Under the pieces are notes generated by a model. The model was not told the origin of the DNA. It searched no databases and saw only the letters and a program-made list of their open reading frames with translations. 64,000 bases of DNA. Origin: Candidatus Moraniibacteriota bacterium (GTDB taxonomy: Bacteria; Patescibacteriota; Minisyncoccia; Moranbacterales; UBA11712). Of this stretch, positions 17,735-26,923 are shown one piece after another. The translations under genes and the position numbers were made by a program. The number at the start of each line of letters is the position of its first letter. Within the stretch, counting starts at the first letter, position 1. The DNA lies in assembly GCA_030679895.1 (NCBI GenBank), contig JAUXSN010000003.1:5517-69516 (forward strand), read 5' to 3'.

Positions 17735-18241
17735 ATGCCACACAAAAAAATCATAATTTCCATCAGTATCTTGCTATCTTCGTTGATCGCCAAGTCAGCG
17801 CTTGCCGTCTGTCCCGTCTGCACCATTGCCGTTGGTGCGGGATTGGGTCTGGCTCAATGGTTGGGAATCGACGACTCTGTCTCCGGCCTTTGGATCGGCG
17901 CTTTGATCGTTTCGATGTCAATTTGGACAGTCAACTGGCTAAATGGCAAAAATATCAAGTTTAAAGGCCGAAAGATCCTCATTTTTGCGGCGTATTATAT
18001 CATCGTTGTCATCCCTCTTTATTGGAAAGGCATGATAGGACATCCACTCAACAGACTTTGCGGAATTGATAAATTGCTTTTTGGAATAATTTTGGGAACT
18101 ATTCTGTTTTCTGCGGGAGTTTTGTTTCACAACTATATTCGAAAAAGAAACGGCGATATTTCATATTTCAAAGGTCAGAAAATAGTTTTTGGCATCGCGC
18201 CACTCGTGATTGCCAGTATAATTTTATATTTCACTTGTTAA
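17735..18241 (+). CDS. Membrane hypothetical protein with N-terminal CxxC
   Basis: AVCPVCTIAVGAGLG followed by about 5 hydrophobic helices. Confidence 0.8.
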   Translation: MPHKKIIISISILLSSLIAKSALAVCPVCTIAVGAGLGLAQWLGIDDSVSGLWIGALIVSMSIWTVNWLNGKNIKFKGRKILIFAAYYIIVVIPLYWKGMIGHPLNRLCGIDKLLFGIILGTILFSAGVLFHNYIRKRNGDISYFKGQKIVFGIAPLVIASIILYFTC

Positions 18242-18247
18242 CAAAAA

Positions 18248-18290
18248 CCTAAGATCCGATCTTGGGAGCGTCCCAAGATCGGATCTTAGG
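18248..18290. repeat. Nested palindromic element (20-bp arms, GCG loop)
   Basis: cctaagatccgatcttggga-gcg-tcccaagatcggatcttagg; each arm is itself near-palindromic. Confidence 0.9.
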
Positions 18291-18302
18291 TGACTAAACA
18301 TA

Positions 18303-18839
18303 ATGCCCGACCAAGAAAAACTCCAAAAAATCAACGACCTCATCCAAAAAGTGGACGAGATGAAAAAACAGGACAAAATGGATCTTTCATCCGATCAGGA
18401 TCTCTCGATCGCGATTATGAATCTCGTCTCGATCGAAGAGCACTTCTTTTTCACGGGAGCCAAGACCGGAAAACCGGAATATTACGACCTACTCCAAGAA
18501 GTTCGTAAGATGAGAGGCGATTTACTAAGAAAAATTGTTAAAAATCCGGAAGGGGAAGTGTGGTGTATTTCAAAACACTTACTCGCCGCTTCGATGCGCC
18601 TCATGGAAGTCGGGACAAAACAGCAGGGAATGGGAAATAAAAAAGAAGCTTCGGAGCTTTTTGAAAAATCTTTTGATTGCTATTCACTCTTTTGGGGGTT
18701 GAATATGAATTTAGTAAAAACTGACGACATAAAAAAAATAGACGCCGATGCCGTCAATATTCACGACACCGAGAAGAAAGGTTTTTTGGGAAAACTGGGA
18801 GAACTGGTCCGGAAAGCGGTGGATTGCTGTTTGGAATAA
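18303..18839 (+). CDS. Hypothetical helical protein
   Basis: 178-aa ORF with SIEEHFFFTG, WCISKHLL and C-terminal VDCCLE; followed by a terminator. Confidence 0.8.
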   Translation: MPDQEKLQKINDLIQKVDEMKKQDKMDLSSDQDLSIAIMNLVSIEEHFFFTGAKTGKPEYYDLLQEVRKMRGDLLRKIVKNPEGEVWCISKHLLAASMRLMEVGTKQQGMGNKKEASELFEKSFDCYSLFWGLNMNLVKTDDIKKIDADAVNIHDTEKKGFLGKLGELVRKAVDCCLE

Positions 18840-18865
18840 AAAAAGATTTTGGATATTTGCGCAAT

Positions 18866-18894
18866 AAACCCCGAAGCTAAGCTTCGGGGTTTTT
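18866..18894. terminator. Bidirectional hairpin terminator
   Basis: aaaccccgaagct-a-agcttcggggttttt between convergent genes. Confidence 0.7.
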
Positions 18895-18921
18895 CTTATT
18901 TCCGATTTCCAAGAAATGGAT

Positions 18922-19635
18922 TTATTGGTCGATGCCTTTTCTCCAAGGCCGGATCTCCCGCGCCCAAAAAATTCCTTCCTCTTTTTCTTCACCGATCACT
19001 TTTACTTCTTTCCCTATTCTGATAATAGCCGGTTCTTGCTCTATTGTTTCGCCATCCGCCTCAACCTGCCAAAAAGTCCCCTTGAAATCCTCAAGGCCGA
19101 AATTTTGCTCGTCCTTGATTTCAATAATTTTTCCACCCAGGAGCCCGATTGTCGGCTGATCCCAGATATCTTTGCGATGGCTGCAGCAGGCCGCCTTTTC
19201 GTAAAGAGGAACGCTTGAGATTGCAAAATCTTCAATTTTCTCTCCCACTCCCAATGTGTGAAGAAAGGTGCCCAAAATGACGCTCCCGGCTATGCTTAGA
19301 AGCAAAATTATATAGGTTTCATGGCGATAACCGTCCTTGGTATGCTTATAATTATAAAAGGCCAGCGCCAGAAATAAGATCAGAAATAAGATCCAAAGAT
19401 ACGGGATCGAAAGCATAATGTGCCCGACAACACTGGTATGAAGATATTTATAAAGATCCCAATCATTATTGAAGAAAACGTAGAGCATCGTGCAGAAGGC
19501 CAGGGATCCAATAAAAATTGAAACAATGAACATAGCCCAGGTAAAATAATTTTTCATAAGAAAACGCCAGCGGGGTTTCGGCGCGATTTTCTCTTCCTTG
19601 ATCTTCTCGATGACTTTTTTCCCGATCTCTCCCAT
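18922..19635 (-). CDS. Membrane protein, candidate anti-sigma partner
   Basis: Three TM helices; directly downstream of the ECF sigma gene. Confidence 0.7.
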   Translation of the reverse strand: MGEIGKKVIEKIKEEKIAPKPRWRFLMKNYFTWAMFIVSIFIGSLAFCTMLYVFFNNDWDLYKYLHTSVVGHIMLSIPYLWILFLILFLALAFYNYKHTKDGYRHETYIILLLSIAGSVILGTFLHTLGVGEKIEDFAISSVPLYEKAACCSHRKDIWDQPTIGLLGGKIIEIKDEQNFGLEDFKGTFWQVEADGETIEQEPAIIRIGKEVKVIGEEKEEGIFWAREIRPWRKGIDQ

Positions 19636-19645
19636 ATATTTTTGG

Positions 19646-20230
19646 CTAGAAATTAAATTCTTTTCCGGCGCTGATGTCTTTGAATTGCTTTTTGGCGCGG
19701 TTGATCAGCGTTGCCACTGTTCCCAGCGGCTTTTCTAAAATGTCCGATATTTCTTTATAGTCTTTTCCTTCCAAAAATTTGAGAACGATGACTTCCCTAT
19801 ATTTTTCGTCCAGCTGGCTGATGATGCCTCTTACTTCTTCGCCCGTAAACTTCCGCTCCGTGTCCCTGGCTAGATCCTCATCGGTCGCGATAAACTTCAA
19901 AAAGTCCTCATCGGCCTCAAACTTTAGTACCTGTGGGCGAGTCTTAGACTTTCGCCAGTGGCTGATCACCTGGTTGTGCGAAATCCGATATATCCAGGAA
20001 GAAAACTTGAGTTTTTGATCAAAAGCATTGAGATTACGATATACTTTGACAAAGATCTCCTGGAGGAGGTCTTCGGCATCTTCCCGAGTCACGGCCGAGA
20101 TCCGCATTATATAGCGCAAAAGTTTTTCTTCATAGCGATCCACCAGGCACGAAAAAAAATCCTGATTTTTGAGGGTCAGGGCGACCAATTCTTCGTCGGT
20201 TTTTTCATCGCAGTTGTTTTTGTCGAGCAT
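19646..20230 (-). CDS. ECF RNA polymerase sigma-70 factor
   Basis: DAEDLLQEIFVKVY, FSSWIYRISHN (region 2); YKEISDILEKPLGTVATLINRAK (region 4). Confidence 0.92.
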   Translation of the reverse strand: MLDKNNCDEKTDEELVALTLKNQDFFSCLVDRYEEKLLRYIMRISAVTREDAEDLLQEIFVKVYRNLNAFDQKLKFSSWIYRISHNQVISHWRKSKTRPQVLKFEADEDFLKFIATDEDLARDTERKFTGEEVRGIISQLDEKYREVIVLKFLEGKDYKEISDILEKPLGTVATLINRAKKQFKDISAGKEFNF

Positions 20231-20236
20231 CCATTT

Positions 20237-20283
20237 TTCCTAACATCGAATGTTAGGAGCGTCCTAACATTCGATGTTAGGAA
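20237..20283. repeat. Nested palindromic element (22-bp arms, GCG loop)
   Basis: ttcctaacatcgaatgttagga-gcg-tcctaacattcgatgttaggaa. Confidence 0.9.
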
Positions 20284-20295
20284 GTGCTCCGAACT

Positions 20296-22368
20296 TTATA
20301 ATTCCAGCTCCCCCACCCTTTCCCAATTATTTTCATCCAGAACGATTATTTTATCCTCTCCAATTACGTACAAGAGATCATTGATATATAACGCTCTTTT
20401 GGCTTGGATATCGGCGACGGTCTTCACAAGTTTTAATTGGTTGTTCGCGTAAGAGAAAATATATCCGCCTTTTGATCCCGGCAGGAAGAAAACCTGGTGT
20501 TTTTTGTCCAAGAGAAAAGCGTGATGAGTCGCGGAAATTTCGGAATAGTATTCATCGAGATTATATTTTGAAATTTCCCTCGGATTTTCGGGAGAGCTGA
20601 CGTCAAACAAGCTGACTTTCACTTGATTATTTTCCTCGCCGATACCGAGAATTTTGTCTTTTGTGATCGGATGAAGATACGATGAATATCCGGGAATCTT
20701 GAGTTCGCCTGATTTTTTCGGATTTTGCGGATCAGAGAGATCCAAAACAAAAAACGGATCAATCTGCCGGAAAGTGACAAGATACCCCTTGTCTTCGATA
20801 AAGCGAGCCGAATAAATTTTTTCCTCAAGGCCCAGATCCGTTACGGCTCCTGCCAGGCGCAATTCCTTGTCGAGAACATAAACATCGTTGGCGCTGTCCC
20901 GCGTTCCGCCGAAACCAAAACCCCACCAGCCTTGCCCGACTGTGGTTGCGATTCGCAAATGATTCTCATATTCATCGAGTGAAAACTGATTCAAGGGCTT
21001 CCCGGCTACCGCGCCACTCGCTTCGATATTCAAATTATCCACCGCTATTTTCACTATTCCCGTCCGCTCCAAATCCCTTTTATGCCCGGAAAAATATTTT
21101 TCCATGCGGTTCCTCAATTCATTTTCCATTTTCATTTTTTCATCATTGCTCAAAGAATTTTGGTAATGCTCCAGTATTTCCGAAAACTCCGTCATCTTGG
21201 CGCTGGCTCCAATGTCATAATTTTTCAGTTTTTCAATCTTATCGAGCACACTTCCGGGAATCAGATCGTTGTTTTCCTTAAAAAAATCAAAGGAAAATTT
21301 AATGAAATCACCCGGATAATAATAAGTGAGAAAAATAGAATCCGGCGACATATAAACCACCGACTCGCTGGACGATCCCAGGAATGTGGTCGTATCTTTG
21401 GCTTCCCCGGTTGCGGCGTCTAATGCTGTAACTGTATAAGTCACATCTGCTGGAACGAGCGTTGCCGGGTGATAAACTTCAATGCAGCCGATCGACAAGC
21501 TCTTTCCGTTGATGGACATCGGCTCAATCGGACAGGGACGATTTTCATCGATTGTTTTTTTGGTAACGATATAAATCTTGTCGCCGGTCAGCCTGGCCGC
21601 GACCAGCTCGTTATTTTCCTTGAGATCCGCGTTCCATTTTTCTTTGGGAGATTTCGGATCGCTTACGTCATAACCGATGATTTTCCTTGGCTGATTCCCG
21701 TAATAATTATTCTCCGGAAGTATCGCCAGAATATTGTCCTTGAGCAAAAGATTGCCGCTTTTTTCAATTTTTCCTTCGATTTCCAGATCCTTGAGCGGAA
21801 AGGCCCTTATATTTTTCGTGGCTCCTGATTGTTGCGGCGGAATTGCACATCCCCCTTTTTCATCAGGAATGCACCGTGCGGTGTCTCTCATCAGCGGCAT
21901 TATTCCTGATCTCGGCGAAGAATAATAAATTTCCTTGCCGTCCGTTTTCACAATATCCGGTTCGTCGATACCCGCCACCTGAACATTGGTTTCGGAAACC
22001 CGTTCTGGTCCTCCGCCGCCGCGGCCATCAGCTGTTTTTTGGCTCAATCCTGTCGCCGCGGGCAAATTTATTTCCGCCATTGGCGCGAGTTGCGTCCCGC
22101 TCATTCCGCCCAGCATCCGGGAAGCGCTGAAGTCTGAAAGATCCCGGCTTTTTTCCAGATAATTTTTGAAATCCGATTCGGAAGAAAAATGCTGGATGCT
22201 CGTCAGTCCGCCAAATTGAGAAGGTGAAGATTGAGAAGAAATATTCGGTTTGAATCCGTCCGGAAGCGGAAATTGAAAATTGCTAAGGCCAATGAGAACC
22301 AGGGTCGCGATTATTCCCACCGCCGCGATGATCGCGACAGCGTGATTGAAGCGAATTTCTTTGTTCAT
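20296..22368 (-). CDS. Secreted beta-propeller domain protein
   Basis: SETNVQVAGIDEPDIVKTDG, LNQFSLDEY, IYSARF, VTFRQIDP, GELKIPGYSSYLHP motifs; N-terminal TM. Confidence 0.88.
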   Translation of the reverse strand: MNKEIRFNHAVAIIAAVGIIATLVLIGLSNFQFPLPDGFKPNISSQSSPSQFGGLTSIQHFSSESDFKNYLEKSRDLSDFSASRMLGGMSGTQLAPMAEINLPAATGLSQKTADGRGGGGPERVSETNVQVAGIDEPDIVKTDGKEIYYSSPRSGIMPLMRDTARCIPDEKGGCAIPPQQSGATKNIRAFPLKDLEIEGKIEKSGNLLLKDNILAILPENNYYGNQPRKIIGYDVSDPKSPKEKWNADLKENNELVAARLTGDKIYIVTKKTIDENRPCPIEPMSINGKSLSIGCIEVYHPATLVPADVTYTVTALDAATGEAKDTTTFLGSSSESVVYMSPDSIFLTYYYPGDFIKFSFDFFKENNDLIPGSVLDKIEKLKNYDIGASAKMTEFSEILEHYQNSLSNDEKMKMENELRNRMEKYFSGHKRDLERTGIVKIAVDNLNIEASGAVAGKPLNQFSLDEYENHLRIATTVGQGWWGFGFGGTRDSANDVYVLDKELRLAGAVTDLGLEEKIYSARFIEDKGYLVTFRQIDPFFVLDLSDPQNPKKSGELKIPGYSSYLHPITKDKILGIGEENNQVKVSLFDVSSPENPREISKYNLDEYYSEISATHHAFLLDKKHQVFFLPGSKGGYIFSYANNQLKLVKTVADIQAKRALYINDLLYVIGEDKIIVLDENNWERVGELEL

Positions 22369-22460
22369 TTTTTTAGTTTAAAATTCAATCATTTAGTCAT
22401 TGAAAATTCTGCTCATATTATCTCACAAAATCCCTTTCCTCGCCAGCAGAAATTTTGTAT

Positions 22461-22691
22461 TTAGTTACAAGCATAAAGACACGGATCGAGCCAACCCGAA
22501 AGTTCCGCTTTTGACTGGACGTAGCCCAGAATATTGACGCCGGCGCCTTTATGGATTCCCAGATGCAAGTGTTTGCGTTCTCCGTCCGTTTCCGCGCCAT
22601 AGGCTTTGCCCAAAATTCCAATCGCTTCTCCTTGCGTCAGAGTGTCGCCCGTACTTTTCTTAATGCCGGCTAATTTGAGATGGCCGTTTAT
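22461..22691 (-). pseudogene. C-terminal remnant of an M23 family peptidase
   Basis: Manual translation NGHLKLAGIKKSTGDTLTQGEAIGILGKAYGAETDGERKHLHLGIHKG...WLDP; in-frame stop at 22694-22692 just upstream and no start codon. Confidence 0.75.
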
Positions 22692-22703
22692 TTACCCGAG
22701 AGC

Positions 22704-23786
22704 TTAGCTCTTGGGTTCTTGCAAACTTTCCTTTATTTCTTGCGCCAAATTCTGGTTCCACATCGCGCCGGTCGCGCTCATCACTGCGTCCGCTCCGGCT
22801 TCGCGGTATTTTTTGAAATCATCCGCGCTCGAAACTCCGCCTACACCGACAATCGCGAATTTCATTCCAAGTTCCTCGCGCAGCTCCGCAAGCCGTCCTG
22901 TCATATCAAGTCCCGCCCATTTGATCGCCTCTCCGCAAACGCCGCTCACCAACCGGCCTTCTCCCGGCAAAGCTTGCTCGCCATTCTTATCCCGCACCGC
23001 TGAGCCGATTGTATTAATGGCCGAAATTCCGTCAACTATATTCCCAACGTCTTGAAGCAGTTTTTTAAGCGCCTCTTGATTTTCATAATAGGCCATCTTG
23101 ATGACGAGCGGAGTGTTTCCAATCTCATTTTTGATCGCTTCGCTCACTCTTTGCACCATCGCCATATCGAAACACATAAGATGCGCCGTACCCTCGTTCG
23201 GACAGGAAAAATTCACTTCGAGAATTTTCGCGCCGGTTTCTTTGACCAGCCGCGCCGCCAAAACAAAATCGGAAACGAAAGCGTCAACATTTCCGTCCCC
23301 TTTTTTTGTTCCCTGAAAACTGCCGACAACGACTTGGCCGTTTCCAGCGTAAGCTACCGCATCCGCGAGATCCTTTTGCCAGATTTCCACGTCAAAAGAA
23401 GGAACACCAAAAGAATTGGTGATTGAAAGCGGCGTTTCGTAATTGTCTTTTGATATTATCCCTTTTTGGGCTTGCTCAAGGGTCAAATCGCCCTTGAGAT
23501 CCACTGCCACAACATTCGGAAAATCGTTGCAGGGATGGGCTTGGGTGCGAACGGTTTTATACACCGCGATGTCAAAGCCGCTGTCAAGCGCCGCTTTCAC
23601 GAATTTTCCATTGAGCAGCGGACCGGCCGGAATGCCAAACGGGAAAAATACTTTATTCCCCAAAAAACTATATTTCGGCTCACTCTGATTTTGATATTTT
23701 TCCGGCTTCTGAAAATCACCGAACGGCCCTTTTTCATAATTTTCCTCGTACGATTTTTTCGGATCATAAAACGGTTCGCGAATCAT
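22704..23786 (-). CDS. Dihydroorotate/dihydropyrimidine dehydrogenase-like FMN enzyme
   Basis: GIPAGP, YKT, NSFG, LEVNFSCPN, INT, GVCG, GVGGV motifs. Confidence 0.85.
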   Translation of the reverse strand: MIREPFYDPKKSYEENYEKGPFGDFQKPEKYQNQSEPKYSFLGNKVFFPFGIPAGPLLNGKFVKAALDSGFDIAVYKTVRTQAHPCNDFPNVVAVDLKGDLTLEQAQKGIISKDNYETPLSITNSFGVPSFDVEIWQKDLADAVAYAGNGQVVVGSFQGTKKGDGNVDAFVSDFVLAARLVKETGAKILEVNFSCPNEGTAHLMCFDMAMVQRVSEAIKNEIGNTPLVIKMAYYENQEALKKLLQDVGNIVDGISAINTIGSAVRDKNGEQALPGEGRLVSGVCGEAIKWAGLDMTGRLAELREELGMKFAIVGVGGVSSADDFKKYREAGADAVMSATGAMWNQNLAQEIKESLQEPKS

Positions 23787-23812
23787 AAGTTTTTTGTTAT
23801 AAATTATTTTTC

Positions 23813-24376
23813 CTAAAAATCATAAACATAAATTTTTCGGACAAGAAATAATTTGGACCGTCCCAGTTCTATTATGCCGGAGGGCTCCTTTATTTTCAAG
23901 GGAAAAGAACAGGTGACCAGGCGCGTTCCCGGAGAAAGCTCCCTTTCGAATTTCTCTTCAAGCTTCTCCATTTGCCTGGGCATCAGATAGGTGAAAACGT
24001 GCGTGGCTTTTGAAAAATCCGCGCCAAAAAAATTTTTCCTGAAAATTTTTATGGAACGATATTTTTTCGTCTTCAACATTCTGATCCAGGCCAGAAGAAA
24101 AATTGATAAATTTATCTCATATCCGACATATTTTGCTTTCGGCTGTGTCCTCAAGCAAGCCATCAGCACCTTCCCGTCTCCACAGCCGAGATCATACACT
24201 ACACTGTTTTCCCCAATTTCCAGCGCTTTTGTTATTTCGGACATAACCACCGATGGAACCGGAACAAAAGGAGCGTCTCCCCGGAGTAGCCTGTAATAAG
24301 AAAAAAAGAAGGAATAAATCAAGAAAAAGACTACCAAGAAAATGAAGAACATGAATAACAAAAGGAAAAATTCCAT
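23813..24376 (-). CDS. Class I SAM-dependent methyltransferase
   Basis: APFVP, YDLGCGDG, GYEIN motifs; N-terminal TM. Confidence 0.88.
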   Translation of the reverse strand: MEFFLLLFMFFIFLVVFFLIYSFFFSYYRLLRGDAPFVPVPSVVMSEITKALEIGENSVVYDLGCGDGKVLMACLRTQPKAKYVGYEINLSIFLLAWIRMLKTKKYRSIKIFRKNFFGADFSKATHVFTYLMPRQMEKLEEKFERELSPGTRLVTCSFPLKIKEPSGIIELGRSKLFLVRKIYVYDF

Positions 24377-24408
24377 TTTTATTTGTAAATAGAGATTATT
24401 TTTATTTT

Positions 24409-24479
24409 TCGGGCTGCTGGGAATCGAACCCAGCCTACAAGACCCCCAGCCTTGCGTACTACCAATATACTACAGCCCG
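24409..24479 (-). tRNA. tRNA-Pro(GGG)
   Basis: CGGGCTG acceptor stem, anticodon arm CAAGG-CTGGGGG-TCTTG, T-loop GGTTCGATTC; CCA not encoded. Confidence 0.93.
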
Positions 24480-24512
24480 ATATCTGCAGACGTCGGACGT
24501 CTACAAAAAATT

Positions 24513-24704
24513 CTACGATTTGGATTTCAAATTTTTATTTTCTTCTTCCAATTCGTGAACTTTATCAGCGAATGCATCCAGTATCTGCGCGCGAGAATGA
24601 ATTTTTTCTGCAATATCTTCCAATTCTCTTGATTTTATTCTGATATCCTCCCTGTAGTCGTCGATATCCTTTGCAATTTGTTTTACCGAGTCTCTAAAGC
24701 TCAT
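24513..24704 (-). CDS. Small coiled-coil hypothetical protein (start moved to MSFRDSVK)
   Basis: Heptad-like charged 63-aa sequence. Confidence 0.55.
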   Translation of the reverse strand: MSFRDSVKQIAKDIDDYREDIRIKSRELEDIAEKIHSRAQILDAFADKVHELEEENKNLKSKS

Positions 24705-24798
24705 ATTTTTTCTTTTAATTATTATTAAAACTAAATAAAATTTAGCATAGCGAAAAGAAAAAGGAAAGACACCGCGTTGGGTGGCTTCCCTCTTCTCA

Positions 24799-25047
24799 TC
24801 AGCAAAGTTTGCAGCGCCCGCTGGACGCTGATCGCAAATGATATTGCTTCTTAGGCTTTTCCTCCTGGCATCTTTCGGAATGCGGACATTCAAGGCAATT
24901 TGTCGTCAATTCACGACCCGGTAAATCTTTGGAAATCTTTAGAAAAACATTAGCCAGGGCTCCCGACAATCCAATCCCGAAGCCGCTAAACACATCCATA
25001 AAATATTCTTTCAACAGTCTGCAATCTTTCGGCGGTATTTCTTTCAT
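24799..25047 (-). CDS. Small Cys-containing hypothetical protein
   Basis: AAGGGAG RBS before ATG at 25047; CLECPHSERC. Confidence 0.5.
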   Translation of the reverse strand: MKEIPPKDCRLLKEYFMDVFSGFGIGLSGALANVFLKISKDLPGRELTTNCLECPHSERCQEEKPKKQYHLRSASSGRCKLC

Positions 25048-25077
25048 TGCGGCTCCCTTTGATTTTTTCACGTTGTG

Positions 25078-25214
25078 AAAAATAAAAAAACCGACTCAAT
25101 GTTGCCGAGCCGGTTTTGGATTCAAGGTTGATTCACTTAAACGCAAAACTGACGCGACAACTTCAGTCGGATAATAATGCTAATAATGGTTATAAAGATA
25201 TTTTTGCGGTTCAT
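25078..25214 (-). promoter_or_regulatory. Candidate Ile-rich leader peptide attenuator
   Basis: Leader 25214..25137 MNRKNIFITIISIIIRLKLSRQFCV; terminator accggctc-ggcaacatt-gagtcggt-TTTTTT; alternative pairing with ccgactgaagttgtcg in the leader. Confidence 0.55.
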
Positions 25215-25981
25215 TGTTGTCTATTATACGTATTATCGAAAATTGGTCAAGTCTTAAGATTTATACGCAATAAAAAAAGAGGAGTTTCTACTCCTCAGGA
25301 AAGGTTGGCGCCACCGCGCCTGGTTGCCTTCCCCTCGAATTCATAGCGATTGGCTATGTCCGAAAAATTTTTAGGCCTTGCGATTGTTACGCTTAGACCT
25401 GTTCTAACTCTTGAAGCCAGGAAAGGTGTTCTTCACCCACCGACTCGCCTCCCCCAACCGGCCCGACTAACGGCCGCCCAAATCTTGAATATGAAGCTCC
25501 TCCTGCTCCGCCATCCGTTTGGCCGCCGCATACGTCAGCCTCGCCCGCTTCCACGCCTTCCTGTTCCGTTCCTGTCATCAGTTCCTCCTTCGCGCCGTTG
25601 CGCGGTTAAATTTATAAACAGTTAGCCGCCGCCGGAAAAAGACTCCAGGTTCCTTCCAAATCCAGGGAATTCCAGACTCTGCCCCTGCAAAATCTACAGT
25701 AGGCGTCCAGCTTATCTTCGGCTTGAAAATGAACTATTTTCCCTTTTTGGGACACAAATCTTCCCTCCCCTGAAAATAAAAATCTCGGCTTTTTCGCCGA
25801 GCAGAGGATTCTATCTTTATATCTGAACTTACTTAATTGGCGATCTTATCAAATACTCTGCTTAGCGAAAAACTGGCTCCCACTAGGAGGAGGGTAAACA
25901 CCAGCACCAGCTGAATCAGCATATTTTTCGTTAAGCTTATTTCCATACCATTTTCTAAGGTAGTTTATTTGCCAATATTCG

Positions 25982-26923
25982 TCAAGGGCGGTTGTGGAAA
26001 ACCGATGCCGCCGCGCCCAAAAGCGGCGCATTTTCGCCTAAAGCGGTGATTTCTAGCTTTGGCAATCGCAAGAATTTATCTATATTTTTTTTCGCATATT
26101 TAAGCGCTAAATCACCGTTATTCAGCGCCACCGCCCCACCCAAAACAATGATTTCCGGATCATAGGCCGCGACGACATTTGATATCCCCCGCCCGTTGAT
26201 TTTTCCCAGTTCTTCCATGAATTGCAGGGCAACTTTATCTTTTTTCCGCGCCGCGTCGAAAATATCTTTCGCCGCACTTGGAAACTTAGTTTCCAAGTGA
26301 TTTTTTTTCGTCCAAATTCTGAAAAATTTCGGGATATTGTTTCCCGAAGCGTAAGCTTCCCAGTGGCCGCGTCCTTTTCCGCAGGTGCAGGGCAGATTAT
26401 ATTCGGTATCAACTGTCATATGTCCGATTTCCGCCGCATTCCCGTTTTTTCCAAGAAGTAAATTTCCATTGACAATCGCTCCCCCGCCAATTCCGGAAGA
26501 AATTGTGATATAAACCAAATTGGAAAATTTCTTTCCCGCGCCAAAATATTTTTCTCCCAGCGCGCCCGCATTGCAATCATTTATGAAAAGAATTGGCAAT
26601 CCAAATGCTTTTTTAAGCGGCTCTATGATCGGAATAAACTTATACTTAATATTCGGCGTATTCACAATAGCGCCTTTTTTAAAGTCAATTGGACCAACTG
26701 CGCTCACTCCGATTCCTTTGAATTTTTTGATGCCATATCCGCTGATTAATTTCTTTATCTCATCGATCACTTGAATAGTGACAGTATTTCCGCTTTCCCC
26801 TTTTTGAATAGTCTTTGCGGAATTTTTCGCGATTATTTTTCCTTTTTCATCAACAATCGCCGTCCGCATATTCGTCCCGCCGATGTCAATCGCAATCGCC
26901 AAATTATTTGCTTTTTTTGCCAT
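25982..26923 (-). CDS. ROK family sugar kinase (glucokinase-like); start moved to MAKKANN
   Basis: AIDIGGTN, INDCNAGALGE, SSGIGGG, AEIGH, CTCGKGRGHWEAYASG. Confidence 0.92.
   Translation of the reverse strand: MAKKANNLAIAIDIGGTNMRTAIVDEKGKIIAKNSAKTIQKGESGNTVTIQVIDEIKKLISGYGIKKFKGIGVSAVGPIDFKKGAIVNTPNIKYKFIPIIEPLKKAFGLPILFINDCNAGALGEKYFGAGKKFSNLVYITISSGIGGGAIVNGNLLLGKNGNAAEIGHMTVDTEYNLPCTCGKGRGHWEAYASGNNIPKFFRIWTKKNHLETKFPSAAKDIFDAARKKDKVALQFMEELGKINGRGISNVVAAYDPEIIVLGGAVALNNGDLALKYAKKNIDKFLRLPKLEITALGENAPLLGAAASVFHNRP

Noticed and set aside
20237-20283. Integron attC site (CCTAAC...GTTAGG ends)
   Set aside because: Only 47 bp, perfect arms without extrahelical bases, sister elements lack the AAC/GTT core, and there is no integrase in the window
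22461-22700. Structured RNA (RNase P or tmRNA) in the apparent intergenic gap
   Set aside because: No conserved RNA motifs found; it translates cleanly as an M23 peptidase fragment
25350-25800. Short Gly-rich or Pro-rich ORFs as another RiPP precursor
   Set aside because: No repeat core, leader similarity or adjacent maturase; coding status uncertain
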